From Azolla caroliniana (lineage: Eukaryota; Plantae; Polypodiophyta): 64,000 nt of DNA. This document shows positions 36,101-46,900 of the stretch, piece after piece. Position 1 is the first letter of the stretch. The number at the start of each line of letters is the position of its first letter. The notes beneath the pieces were generated by a model, which saw only the letters and a list, made by a program, of their open reading frames with translations, did not search any database and was not told where the DNA came from. The stretch lies in NCBI GenBank assembly GCA_043228905.1, contig JBHGNT010000021.1, forward strand, positions 12,710,001 to 12,774,000. Direction: 5' to 3'. Position numbers and translations under genes: made by a program.

Positions 36101-37492
36101 TGCTTGGAGGGAATGGAACCACTAATGGGTTGTACAGATCTAGGGCTGTCCAACCAAACGGCTCCTATTTTGGCTGGACTCAATCGTTTAACTCTTCATC
36201 TAATTGACTAAGGATTTAAAATTTATTTGAGATACTTGGGCTATTAGTACTATTAATACTATCAAACAATCTATTAGTACTATTAATACTATCAGACACT
36301 CGTAAGGGAAGAATTGACTCGGGTTTAGTCCAGGCTACAATTTGATTTACTTGTTTTCTTGGCCTATGGGGACACTTGATTGCGATATGCCTTGGTCCAT
36401 TGCAATAAAGATATAATCGATTTGCATGTTGTCGTTGCTTTTCTTCTTCCGATACGGGCCGCGTCGACGCATGGTATCGATCTCCATCGGTGTCGAAGTA
36501 TTTGCTTGAGGTATGTCTCGTGCAAACGGTTTAGCCGCGACTGAGGCGTAAGTGGGCTCTAGCCTAGAGCGTGGTATCTGTAATTGACATTCCGAACGCC
36601 GTTCGAAAAGGCGGTTGTCACATCAGACCGCTCGACTGATTGCCTTCGTAAGAGACTTTGGTTCTTTGGGGAAAGTTAGAAGTAGATCTTTGACATTGTT
36701 TCGCAGGCCATAGCGAAACTGCTCCATTAGTGGCTGATCATCCCAGGGGATATCTAAAGCGAGTAGGCGGAAATCCGCCACGTAGGTAGAGGCTGGACGA
36801 TCGCCTTGACGGAATCGTTGGATCTTGTTGATCGCCGTCTTGATGTTGTCGGTGTCTCCAAAGCAGGCTTTAAACTCACTAATAAAATCTTCAAAGTTAT
36901 TAAGCAAGGGCGATTGTTTTTCTAGAAGCGGAGCGAACTATGCTAAGGCTGTGCCCTTAAGCAACGTGCCTATTAGGCCGACTCGGGATGCCTCAGTGGG
37001 GTATCGGGAAGGATGCATTTGGATGACTAATCATACCTGATTAAGGAATCCCCTAAATTGCAATTGCGATCGTGTTCCATCAAATTTCACAGGAAGTCTA
37101 ATCTTCAGCTCTTTATGAAATCCTCGGGGACATGATCCTTGTTATTGCAATGTTGCTTCGAGTTATTGCACCCGTAACGCTAACTCCCCATGTTGTTGTT
37201 GCGTTTGTTGTTTTTCTAGAGTGATTTGTTGCAGATCCCCTATCAGCCATTGGTTTTCTTGTTCCAAGGCAACAAATTTTTCTTTTAGGCACTGTAGCTC
37301 GGAGAAAACGGATTGATATTCTTGGGTGCTAACAATAGCCATAGTATAGGGAAAAGGGTAGGAGGATGAGGGAGAACGACAAGTAGGCTTGAGGAAAAAT
37401 TGGTTCAAACTGTCATGAATAGTACTAAAGCAGAGATGGAATTAGTACTAAAGAAGAGAAGTACTATTAGTACTAAGAGGATGGAACTGCGT

Positions 37493-38460
37493 TGTCGGGG
37501 TAGTTGTGGTTCGTGTGGCGAAGTCGCGGGGACTAAGGTTAAGGGGAGTTGAAGAAACTTAACTTTTAATAAGGCTTGTATGGTGATGTTAGAAAGGTTA
37601 AGAGTAGCAGGAAGAAGAGTTACAAGTAATGTGAGAGAGAGAGAGACGGGAATATATAGAAGATAGAGATAATATATGATTCAAGAAGCAAGATGACAAA
37701 ATATGATTTAAGAAGGAAGATTGAGACAAAAGTATGATTCTAGAAAGAAGATTGAGACAAAGTATGATTCAAGGAACAAGAGTATATGATATAAACATGA
37801 TGTATATTAAAAATATAATATTTTACCAACTTTACAATCCTCGATCGCAAACTGAACACATTCTCTATCGACCCTTGATTTGAACCCACGACCTCAACTT
37901 CAAAACGAGAGGTTCTCCACCCAATGAGCTAGTCTTCTTTAGTTGATTATATTTTTTTCTCACTCTCTCTTGATTCCCTTCTTGTTTTCCTTGCCCCTCT
38001 TTATATAAGTGTTGGCATGCATATGATAATGTATGGGAGCATGGCATGCATGCAATGCATGAGTTACATGTAATGCATGATCGCCATTTGGCGCACATGT
38101 ATTGCACGTGATGCATGGTAGCCATCATGCTCACTTGAGCTCCCATGTATGAAAGTAGATATGGGATAAGTATAATGATGAAAATGTATTCTAAAATAAC
38201 TAACCTACCTTAGTGGTGTATACTTTGTGTTTGGCATACAAGGTTGAGAGTTCAAGTCTCTCAATTTTACTTAATACAATATATAGCTTCATTCTTATAT
38301 CATGAAGCACATTTGTTACCAACTTTTACAAATAAATAGCCTAGCCTAGTGGTATGTACATTGTATTTCGTATATAAGGATGTGGGTTCAAGTCTCTCAA
38401 ATATTATTAAATACAACATTTAAGCTCATTTTTATATCGTGAAGCACATTCTTCACGACA
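37493..38460 (-). mobile_element. Solo LTR (968 bp) with TGTCG...CGACA termini
   Basis: Interrupts the chromovirus LTR at TGCGT|AAGAC. Flanks GCGT and ACGT (4-bp TSD, one mismatch). Minus-strand TATATAAAG near 38000. Confidence 0.85.
38206..38395 (+). promoter_or_regulatory. Two tandem tRNA-like A/B-box modules, 136-bp period
   Basis: TACCTTAGTGG(38206)...AGTTCAAGTCT(38249) and TAGCCTAGTGG(38342)...GGTTCAAGTCT(38385). Both have 43-nt spacing and are followed by T4-T5. Confidence 0.65.
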
Positions 38461-38494
38461 ACGTAAGACTCCCGAGAGAGAGAGAGAGAGAGAG

Positions 38495-38837
38495 ATAGAG
38501 AGATAGATAGATAGATGGATAGATTATATTATCGTCTTCGGAGGTCAAATATGACCTATGAGACCAAAAATATTATATTTCACGTGATACGTGTGAAAGT
38601 GAGTAGTGACTCTCGATGTTCAAGAACTTTACCAATGAATGTTGTAATCGAGAGTGCACATTGTGGTTGTGAGAGGAATTCATGCAAAGATTGGGCTCGA
38701 TCGAAGAGATGTGGAAAGCATGGTCGAATATGATCAAAGGCAGAGCATTGTATCAAAGTGTGATACTCAGACTCACGAACTTGTTTAGGGCAAAGTGTGC
38801 ATAGCTGACCACTCTCATCACTTGTACCCCAACGCCC

Positions 38838-38840
<3 letters not shown>
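38495..38840 (-). mobile_element. 5'-truncated LINE (RTEX-like C-terminal zinc-finger region) with a (CTAT)n tail
   Basis: GRW...QLCTLC...ESEYHTLIQC (38580-38840), 3' stem-loop at 38534-38564, (AG)n on both sides. Confidence 0.75.
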
Positions 38841-38898
<58 letters not shown>

Positions 38899-39332
38899 GT
38901 AAAGAGAGATAGCGAGGATGAGAGAAAGAAAGAAAGATATATTAACGTCTTCTAAGGCCAAATTTGGCCCATGAGACAATTGGTTTACAACAAAAGAGTA
39001 TTTATCTAGTCATCATAACTAAAATAAAATTAAGTAAAAAATAGAACTTAAACTAAAAGAGTTCTAGTAGTGTACAATACGTAGTATACTCGAAAGTGAC
39101 TATACACTAAGCCTAATTTTATTTCCACCCAAGCCTCTCGAAAAGAAGTGGGGGGTCAAAGGGTCTTGATGTGGGTGTGACCCGTGGTTCCAATGTAGAG
39201 AGTGCCCTAGCCATGGCTTCTAGGCGATGTAGCTCACGTTCCCTTATTTTCAATATTGCTTCCACATCACGTTGAGTTGCTTTGAAACCCGGCACCCGAG
39301 GACGTCTGGTTCTTCTCTGGTTTTCTGCCTCA

Positions 39333-40975
39333 TCAATGGAAAGGCCGAGTGGTGCAAGTGTGTCTGCATTCATTGTCTTCATTTGTTACATGTTCGTGAT
39401 CATTAGCAACATTATTGTCAACATTTTGTAACTTATTCTCTCTGTGTTGTTTTAGCTCTAGAATGTATTTGCCTAATTTCTTTATATCTAGAGTATCTAA
39501 TAGTTTGGGGAGGGTGGGAGACGAACCAAGTATGTCTTGGTATTTTGCCCTTATCTCGGCATAGGTTGGACACTTGCATGTAAAGTGGTACTCATCCTCT
39601 ATCTTTATGTGACATAACCTACATATCCTTTCCTCCCTAGGGACTCCACTAGTAAGGCCATTCTCAATCTCAAGTTGGTGAGATGATATTCTAAGTTGTC
39701 CAATGGCAACCCTTAGTGCATGTGGTAAGAATACATCTAGATATTTTGGCCGCGTGATAAAACCTAACTCAGAGAAGTGCATGAAGTGTTTCTTATAGTA
39801 CAACATTTTAGATGGGAGTGGCTCTAGTGGGGTGATCCATTTACACCGAGTGTAAATTTGCCATATTTCTTGGCGTATTACTTTATTGCGGTCCTCATGA
39901 GAGATTAAAGTGTTATCACTCATGTGCTTGTACCTAAGGGGAGGTAGGTTATTAATGTCTAGACCATTCGCAAGAAGCCAACACACCATCATGCCATACC
40001 ATGAGCTAGTATAGCCAGACTCATACAATGATCGAGAGGCCTTAAAGGCTTGATGAGATATTCTATCATGTGGTTGGCTATGTATCCTGTGAATGAAGAC
40101 TACAAGTTGAAAAAGTGCCTCTACTAACATTGGGGGTAACGTGAACTCAGCCCTAATAATGTCATGTGGTACAGTCGATTTGCTTCGGAGTTGGCGTGAT
40201 AGCATCATCACCAATGGTCTCTCTAATTGCGTCCACATGAAAGATGGTAATCCTGGAGCCCAAACCGCTGATGCATACATGAGGGAGGGGGTCACTAATG
40301 AGTCAAAGAGCCACCCTTTAGTCCGTGGCTCTTGAAAATGTGCTTGGTGGCATTGTCTCTCTAGGAGTGAGAGGGATGCATGTCCTCTCGTGAGTCTATC
40401 CTTCGCTGCCTGTGTCATTGAAAATTTACCTGAGCGGGCACTAAAAGTGACTCCGAGATAGACGTATGATCCAACCACCTCGACTATGCTATGGGAGATA
40501 GTTAGGTGACACTTAACTCTAACTTGGGCCGATGTGTGGAAGATAAGGACTTTCGTTTTCCCTAGATTCACTACCAATCCTCGTTGTACACAAAAGTCAT
40601 CTAAGGCATTAAGGTGCCTTTGTAGGTCGTGTTCGGATTCAGAGAGCAAAACTATGTCATCCGCATAGAGCAAGATACGAACCTGCGTATCCCCAAGGAC
40701 CACTCCGGTGCCTCCCTCACGAGCAATAAAATCTGTGATCTCATCAATGTAGATCCCAAAAAGCGTCAGTGATAGGGGGCAACCTTGTTTTACACCAATA
40801 GTGCTAGTGAAATGATTAGATAGGCCACCTAGGCATCGGACACACTCGAACACTTGTTCATATAGTGCGTAGATGGCCCATACCATATCATCTAGTATCC
40901 TCAAGCTTTTAAGTCTATCAAACAACCGCTCTCTAGGGACCGTGTCAAAGGCTTTGCAGAAGTCCACAAAACGGG
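39333..40975 (-). pseudogene. Non-LTR reverse transcriptase plus CCHC domain, 5'-deleted ORF2
   Basis: ORF 39333-41057 carries the RT motifs. Its N-terminal approximately 28 residues come from the ORF1 repeat. Confidence 0.85.
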
Positions 40976-40980
40976 CCTGA

Positions 40981-41886
40981 CGCATTTTCTCTTCTTCAAG
41001 GGTGGTATTAACAATATTTTCATATTTTATTTCTTTTTTAATGTTTCTTTTAACCACATCTACCCAACCCGTTTTAGCTAACTCTATGTTATTATTAACT
41101 TCCTCTTAAAATTTTTTAATTTCGTCCTTTATATCCTCTATAGAGGATATTTCACCGTCTTATCGAGATACCTCGATGTCCTTAAGTTGTTTTTTAAGGT
41201 CAGTGCGCATTTTCTCTTCTTCAAGGGTGGTATTAACAATATTTTCATATTTTATTTCTTTTTTAATGTTTCTTTTAACCACATCTACCCAACCCGTTTT
41301 AGCTAACTCTATGTTATTATTAACTTCCTCTTAAACTTTTTTAATTTCGTCCTTTATATCCTCTATAGAGGATATTTCACCGTCTTATCGAGATACCTCG
41401 ATGTCCTTAAGTTGTTTTTTAAGGTCAGTGCGCATTTTCTCTTCTTCAAGGGTGGTATTAACAATATTTTCATATTTTATTTCTTTTTTAATGTTTCTTT
41501 TAACCACATCTACCCAACCCATTTTAGCTAACTCTATGTTATTATTAACTTCCTCTTAAACTTTTTTAATTTCGTCCTTTATATCCTCTATAGAGGATAT
41601 TTCACCGTCTTATCGAGATTATACCTCGATGTCCTTAAGTTGTTTTTTAAGGTCAGTGCGCATTTTCTCTTCTTCAAGGGTGGTATTAACAATATTTTCA
41701 TATTTTATTTCTTTTTTAATGTTTCTTTTAACCACATCTACCCAACCCATTTTAGCTAACTCTATGTTATTATTAACTTCCTCTTAAACTTTTTTAATTT
41801 CGTCCTTTATATCCTCTATAGAGGATATTTCACCGTCTTATCGAGATTATACCTCGATGTCCTTAAGTTGTTTTTTAAGGTCAGTG
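40981..41886 (-). repeat. Four 225/228-bp tandem repeats of LINE ORF1 coiled-coil sequence
   Basis: Units start at 40981, 41206, 41431 and 41659 and are nearly identical. Confidence 0.95.
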
Positions 41887-43521
41887 TTTTCCACTTTAAG
41901 TTGTTCTATTTCGGCCTTGAGGGCGTCTTTTTCCTCTCTATCTTTTTTCTTGTGGGTTTTGGCGTCTTTCACCCATTTTTTCATATCCATCTCTATTTTT
42001 GTTAAACAATTAAACATATCTAAAAAGTCCTCCTTACTTATAGCCTCGTCTTGTATATCCTTATGTTCCTTAGTTCGTTTAGACATCATTGTGGTGTCAA
42101 TAAGAAAAAAAGGTAAAATAAATGGGTTTGAGACTTAGCCGAGTTTATGTGTATGTTGCAATCACATCGGCATTTTGTAGCACGCGATGAGCACACCAAA
42201 AGAACCCACCCACGAACTCGTCAAGAAAATGGCACTTCACAACGTCAAGAGAAAACGGAGAAGAAACACCCTGCGACGGCGACGGCGATGGTGACGGCGG
42301 CAACAGACGGCAGAAGACGGCTGCAGACGGTAGCAGACGGCGACGGCAGCAGACAGCGGTAGTCATCAGACGACGACAACAACAGTCGGTAGCAGACAAT
42401 GGCTGCGGACGACGGCGACGACAATAAACGGCGACAACAACGACAGAAAGAGTCGTTCCACAGAGATGAGGAAGCGAGAGAGAGAGAGCAGACGGCAGAA
42501 GACGGCAGAAGACGACAGAAGACGGCTGCAGACGGTAGCAGACGGTGACGGTAGCAGACGGTGACGGCAGCAGACAACGGTAGTCGTCAGACGACGAGAA
42601 CAACAGTTGGCAGCAAACAGCGGCTGCAGACGACAACGACGGCGACGACGACGACAATAAACAGCGACAGCAACGGCAGAAAGAGCCGTTACACAGAGAC
42701 GAGGAAGAGAGAAAGAGAGAGAGAGAGAGAGATGATGATGATAACAACCAATATATTATGTGAAGGATAAGTACAAAATGGTTAAGAGGCTTAAGGTTGG
42801 GGTTGAACCAATTTGGTTCAACATAATGCCTAGTGCCTTCTTTTATAGTGTTCTCAGGAGTAATCCTAAAGCTTCTAAAATGTTCTAGAGAAATCTAGAA
42901 TATACATTAATTTCCTATAATAAAATTTAAATGAAAATAATATCCTACGTATTACAATAGATGGTATAATGGTCAAGAGCTCAACTCATATAACATAAGG
43001 TCATGGGTTCGAGTCTTGCCATGTCATGAAAACTAGAAGGCTTTACAGATTCAGATATGTTGGCTGATGCAGATACCAATCGATTCATATCCGGATACGT
43101 CGTGACATATGCAGGGGGAGTCGTATCGTGGCAATCAAGGTTGCAGAAGTCCGTTGCACTATCAACAATGGAAGCGGAGTACATGGCAGTTGTGGAAGCC
43201 AACAAGGAAGTAAATCTAAGATGAAAGACTTCATCGAAGAGCTACGGATTCGGCAGGAGTAATATCGACTCTACTATGACAACCACAATGTCATCCACCT
43301 TGCTAAGAACGCATCCTACCATTCTCGGACCAAGCACATCCAGAGAAGATATCACTGGCTCCAGGAGAAGGTAGAAGATCAAGACTTCGCGCTGACAAAG
43401 ATCCACATGGAGGAGAACGGGTCGGATATGCTAACCAAGGTGCTATCAGCCAACAAATTGGACACGTGCCGAAGACGGATCAAACTAATGAGAAATCCCA
43501 TGCCGGAGTGAAGGGGGAGTT

Positions 43522-43737
43522 TGTTGGGAATTCGGTCCCTCTGGATGGGATCCGGAAGAGCCGGAGGGAGGAACCGGACCGATCGGAGGGTATCCGGATC
43601 CAGGGACATATCTGCTAAAATGTTTCTGGTGTGCCTATATTGGCGATATTTGTAAATAGTCTTAAAGTCATATAAGTATAAATATGACTTAGGGAAATCA
43701 CTTGATGATGTTGTTGTTGTTAGTTGTATCATTGTTG

Positions 43738-43785
<48 letters not shown>

Positions 43786-43986
43786 AAGTTGAACCAGTTT
43801 CTGTTGTAACCGCCAGTTGGCAAAGATACAGAGTTCGAGATCATTTCCTCTGAGTCTCTTGTTGTACTCTTTTCTCCTATAGTGATAGTTGGAGTCTGTG
43901 TTGCCTCTTTTGTGTAAGTGTGTGAACCTCCATTTCTGTTGTGGCCGAGTGCTATTCCGCACAGATTGTAACCTTGAATTTCGACC
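43522..43986 (+). repeat. 3' LTR of copia A
   Basis: TGTTGGGAATTCGGTCCC after the PPT. Contains TATAAATATGACTTAGGG as in the copia F LTR. Right end decayed. Confidence 0.8.
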
Positions 43987-46900
43987 AAGAACATTGTGAA
44001 ACATGTTTGGCAAAAATCAAGTATTATGAGATAAACCGACTGTTTATTTGAATAGGGTATCGCCATATGTTTGTGAAATTATTTGGAAAAAATCATATGG
44101 TAAATACCAAGATATTTGTGTGACACAATGTATGATAAAAGAATTTTGTTTGCCCAATTTCCATATTCGGGTCGTTTATTGGACAACTTCGATTCACAGT
44201 CTTAGGTTGGTCAAGTGCGAAATGTTTGCATATGAGGGCACATTTGAAGCTCCAACAAAATCATTGGTAAGTCTGGTCATATTTTTGTTTTTCATATGCA
44301 TGTATGGTTGAGTCAGTAGCAAGTCCAAGTGGGGATGCACCTAATATTGTCTTGTTTATCCTTAACCTTCTGTCAGCCTATGCTCGTAGTTTCTCTTCCT
44401 ACTCCTTGTGCTACTTGATTTCAACCTTCAATCAATGAATTTCTTTGTCGACGGCTTTCCTCTTGTTCTTTGCATTTAAGACAACGATCTCTTATCTTGA
44501 TGCAATGAAAAGATGATATTCAGAGGGATGGTAGTTATTGGGAACATTTACAATGCATGGAAAATTTTCTAAAAGAAGATTGTATAAGAGAGGATTTAAA
44601 TATTTTTTAGGAGTTTATTAATGATAAAGTGGCTAAGGTAGAAAAAGATAATAGGAGTTTTTGGTGTCATTTGCTAATTTCTTTGATGGAGAGAGTTGAG
44701 ATATCAAGCTCAACTAAGTCTAGTCGTTTTAGTCAACCATGTAACTTAGTAGTTACATAAATAGAATCTATTTTGAATGTTGACTATAAAGGATTTGTTC
44801 CTAGTATTTAAGTGGGAGATCTCTAGATTCCCCACTATCTAGTTCATTTAATGTAGGACTTACACTCTTGTACTTATATTCTCCTCACACATATGCACCC
44901 TTGCACATGAGATGTATATATACCTCATTGTGTGTATTTTTGTAACTGGATGATGTTCTTTAATATAAATGAGAGTTCTTTGTGCTACACTCATTAATCA
45001 TCCCCCATTTACTTTTGATAAGTGTAACTTACTCTCTCTCTTCCTCTCACACACATATCACATAATATTCCGCAACTTAATCACACACATGATTAAATAC
45101 TCACATAATTAGATATTAATTAACCCTTAGGTAATCTTCTAATTATTAACAAGGTATCAGAGCGCGTGGTTTATCAGATCCACTAAGCCCACCTGAATCA
45201 TAATGATTGTGTGTTCGACATGCCGACGACAAATCCGACTATCCACTACCGTAGTGCCGCTACATTGCACGAGTACGTAACCGAGGGAAGAAAAGCCAAA
45301 GGAAGGCACTACACCAACATGAATGCACAAATGGGCAGCTCGCTCCGTAGTGAAAACCTAGACCGTAGTAATTTCTCATCTTGGGAGTACAAGATGAACC
45401 AATACCTAGTCGGCCAAGGGTATTGGAACTACATCGACGATGCGCTCGAAAACAAACCCAACATCACAAACGCCAACTACCCAACATGGGAGTAAGGGGT
45501 GAGTCAGATGAAGTGTTGTTTGGTAACATTTGTCCACGATCACATGATTTGTCATATTCGTGATGCGAAGACGCCTAAGGAAGCGTGGCAAAATTTGAGA
45601 TGAATCTTCACTGCAAACAGGACCGCTCGCAAGCTTCAACTTCAACAAGAGTTGAACAACATCTGACAAAAAGACATGACTATGTCGGACTACACGAGGA
45701 AAATCAAGAATATATACGACTAACTCAACTTCATCAATATAAACATTGAAGAGGATGAGATGGTGCAAGTGTGCTTGGGTGGCCTCGCACAACGGGTTGA
45801 CTCGATAAGGATGGAAAACTTGGCGAGGGAGAACCCTCCCTCATTCTTCGACCTTCAATCCATGTTATTGGCCAAAGAGAATCATGTGGGAAGAAAGAGC
45901 AAGACATCGGAAGGGGAAATGCTCTTTTTGAATTCGGATGGTGGTCGAGGACATGGTCGAGGCGGAAGAGGTCGATTCGGCCAAGGCAGAGGAGGACGAG
46001 TAAGATGGAATCATGAAAGTAACTCAACCCTTCGGCAAGCAAACGGAAATACTCGAGGAACCTTCGGAAGAAGGGGGAGTTTTCATGCCGAACACAGTCG
46101 GCAAATCAGGCTTGTTACTTGCAATTACTATGGTAAGAACGACGGCCACCATGAAGAGGAGTGCAAGAAAAAGAGAAGCAATTCGGCTTCCACAAGTCGG
46201 GAAGTCACCAACTACGTCACTAACTCCAAATTCGAAGACTACGGAGGCATGTTCATCATGAGGCATAAGGCGAACACTATGTCGACATCTGATTCAGCCA
46301 ACACATCTCCATCAAAAGAAGTATGGTTCGTCGATTCAGGTGCCTCAAATCACATGACATCCCACAAAGAGTGGTTTAGTGACTTGCGCACACCCGATCA
46401 ACCTAGCTACGTTGAAATGGGAGATGACATCACACACACCATTCAGCATATCGACAACATCCCTCTCAGGAAGGTCAATAGCAACTACATTAAGAATATC
46501 TTGTACGTTCCCATGATACCAAAGAATTTGGTCTCGGTCGGCCAAATCGTGGAGCAAGGCATGAAAGTCCACTTCAACAACGGGGGTTATTTCATATAAA
46601 AGAATGACCAACTCATAGCCGAAGGACAGAAAGAAGGTCAAATGTTTATTCTCGATTCGGACGAGGTAAAATCGGCCATGTATGCCAAAGGTCTCAAAAC
46701 CGAGACAAACATCGAGTTGAGGCACAAGAGAATCGGCCACATCAACGTCCAACGGCTTCGAGCTATGTAGTCGAAGGGAGTAATTATTGAACTCTCGACT
46801 TTTGAGTTGAAACAAGTTGACCGAGTATGCGAAGCATGCCAACCCGACAAAGAACATTGACTCCCATTTCCAAAGGAGAGATACATAAGCAAAGGCCTCC

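Larger units (their letters stand above)
38925..42730 (-). mobile_element. Internally deleted LINE (RTEX-like) with 5' UTR, ORF1 remnant, RT and C-terminal zinc finger, and a (CTTT)n tail
   Basis: FVDFCKAFD, GVKQGCPLS, LLYADD, YVYLGV, RICRLC...EDEYHF..KC. No APE domain seen. Sits in an (AG)n tract. Confidence 0.85.
32780..43031 (-). mobile_element. Decayed chromovirus of the same family as 2849-8621; 5' LTR (37411-43031) split by three insertions
   Basis: TSD ACGAG/ACTAG, 3' LTR 32780-33208, gag/pol remnants at 33210-37343 with an RNase H deletion near 34760, self-priming PBS at 37397-37408. Confidence 0.9.
11529..43986 (+). mobile_element. Decayed Tnt1/Tork-like copia 'A' in four pieces (11529-12848, 13886-14379, 32662-32779, 43032-43986), host to most nested insertions
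   Basis: The pieces are collinear INT, RT and RNase H (ADNRGEY, YKARI, LYVDN, GFTDSD, HSRTKHI). PPT GAAGGGGGAG near 43510-43519, then the 3' LTR. Closely similar to the intact copia at 25574. Confidence 0.85.

Noticed and set aside
40981-41886. CRISPR-like array (also 2195-2848 and 31776-31930)
   Set aside because: Head-to-tail repeats without unique spacers, no cas genes, eukaryotic TE context.
42145-42770. Cys/Ser/Arg-rich ORFs
   Set aside because: Translation of low-complexity GAC/GGC/CAG repeats in the LINE 5' region.
43987-44511. Possible host gene or exon
   Set aside because: AT-rich with no convincing ORF or splice structure. Left unassigned.
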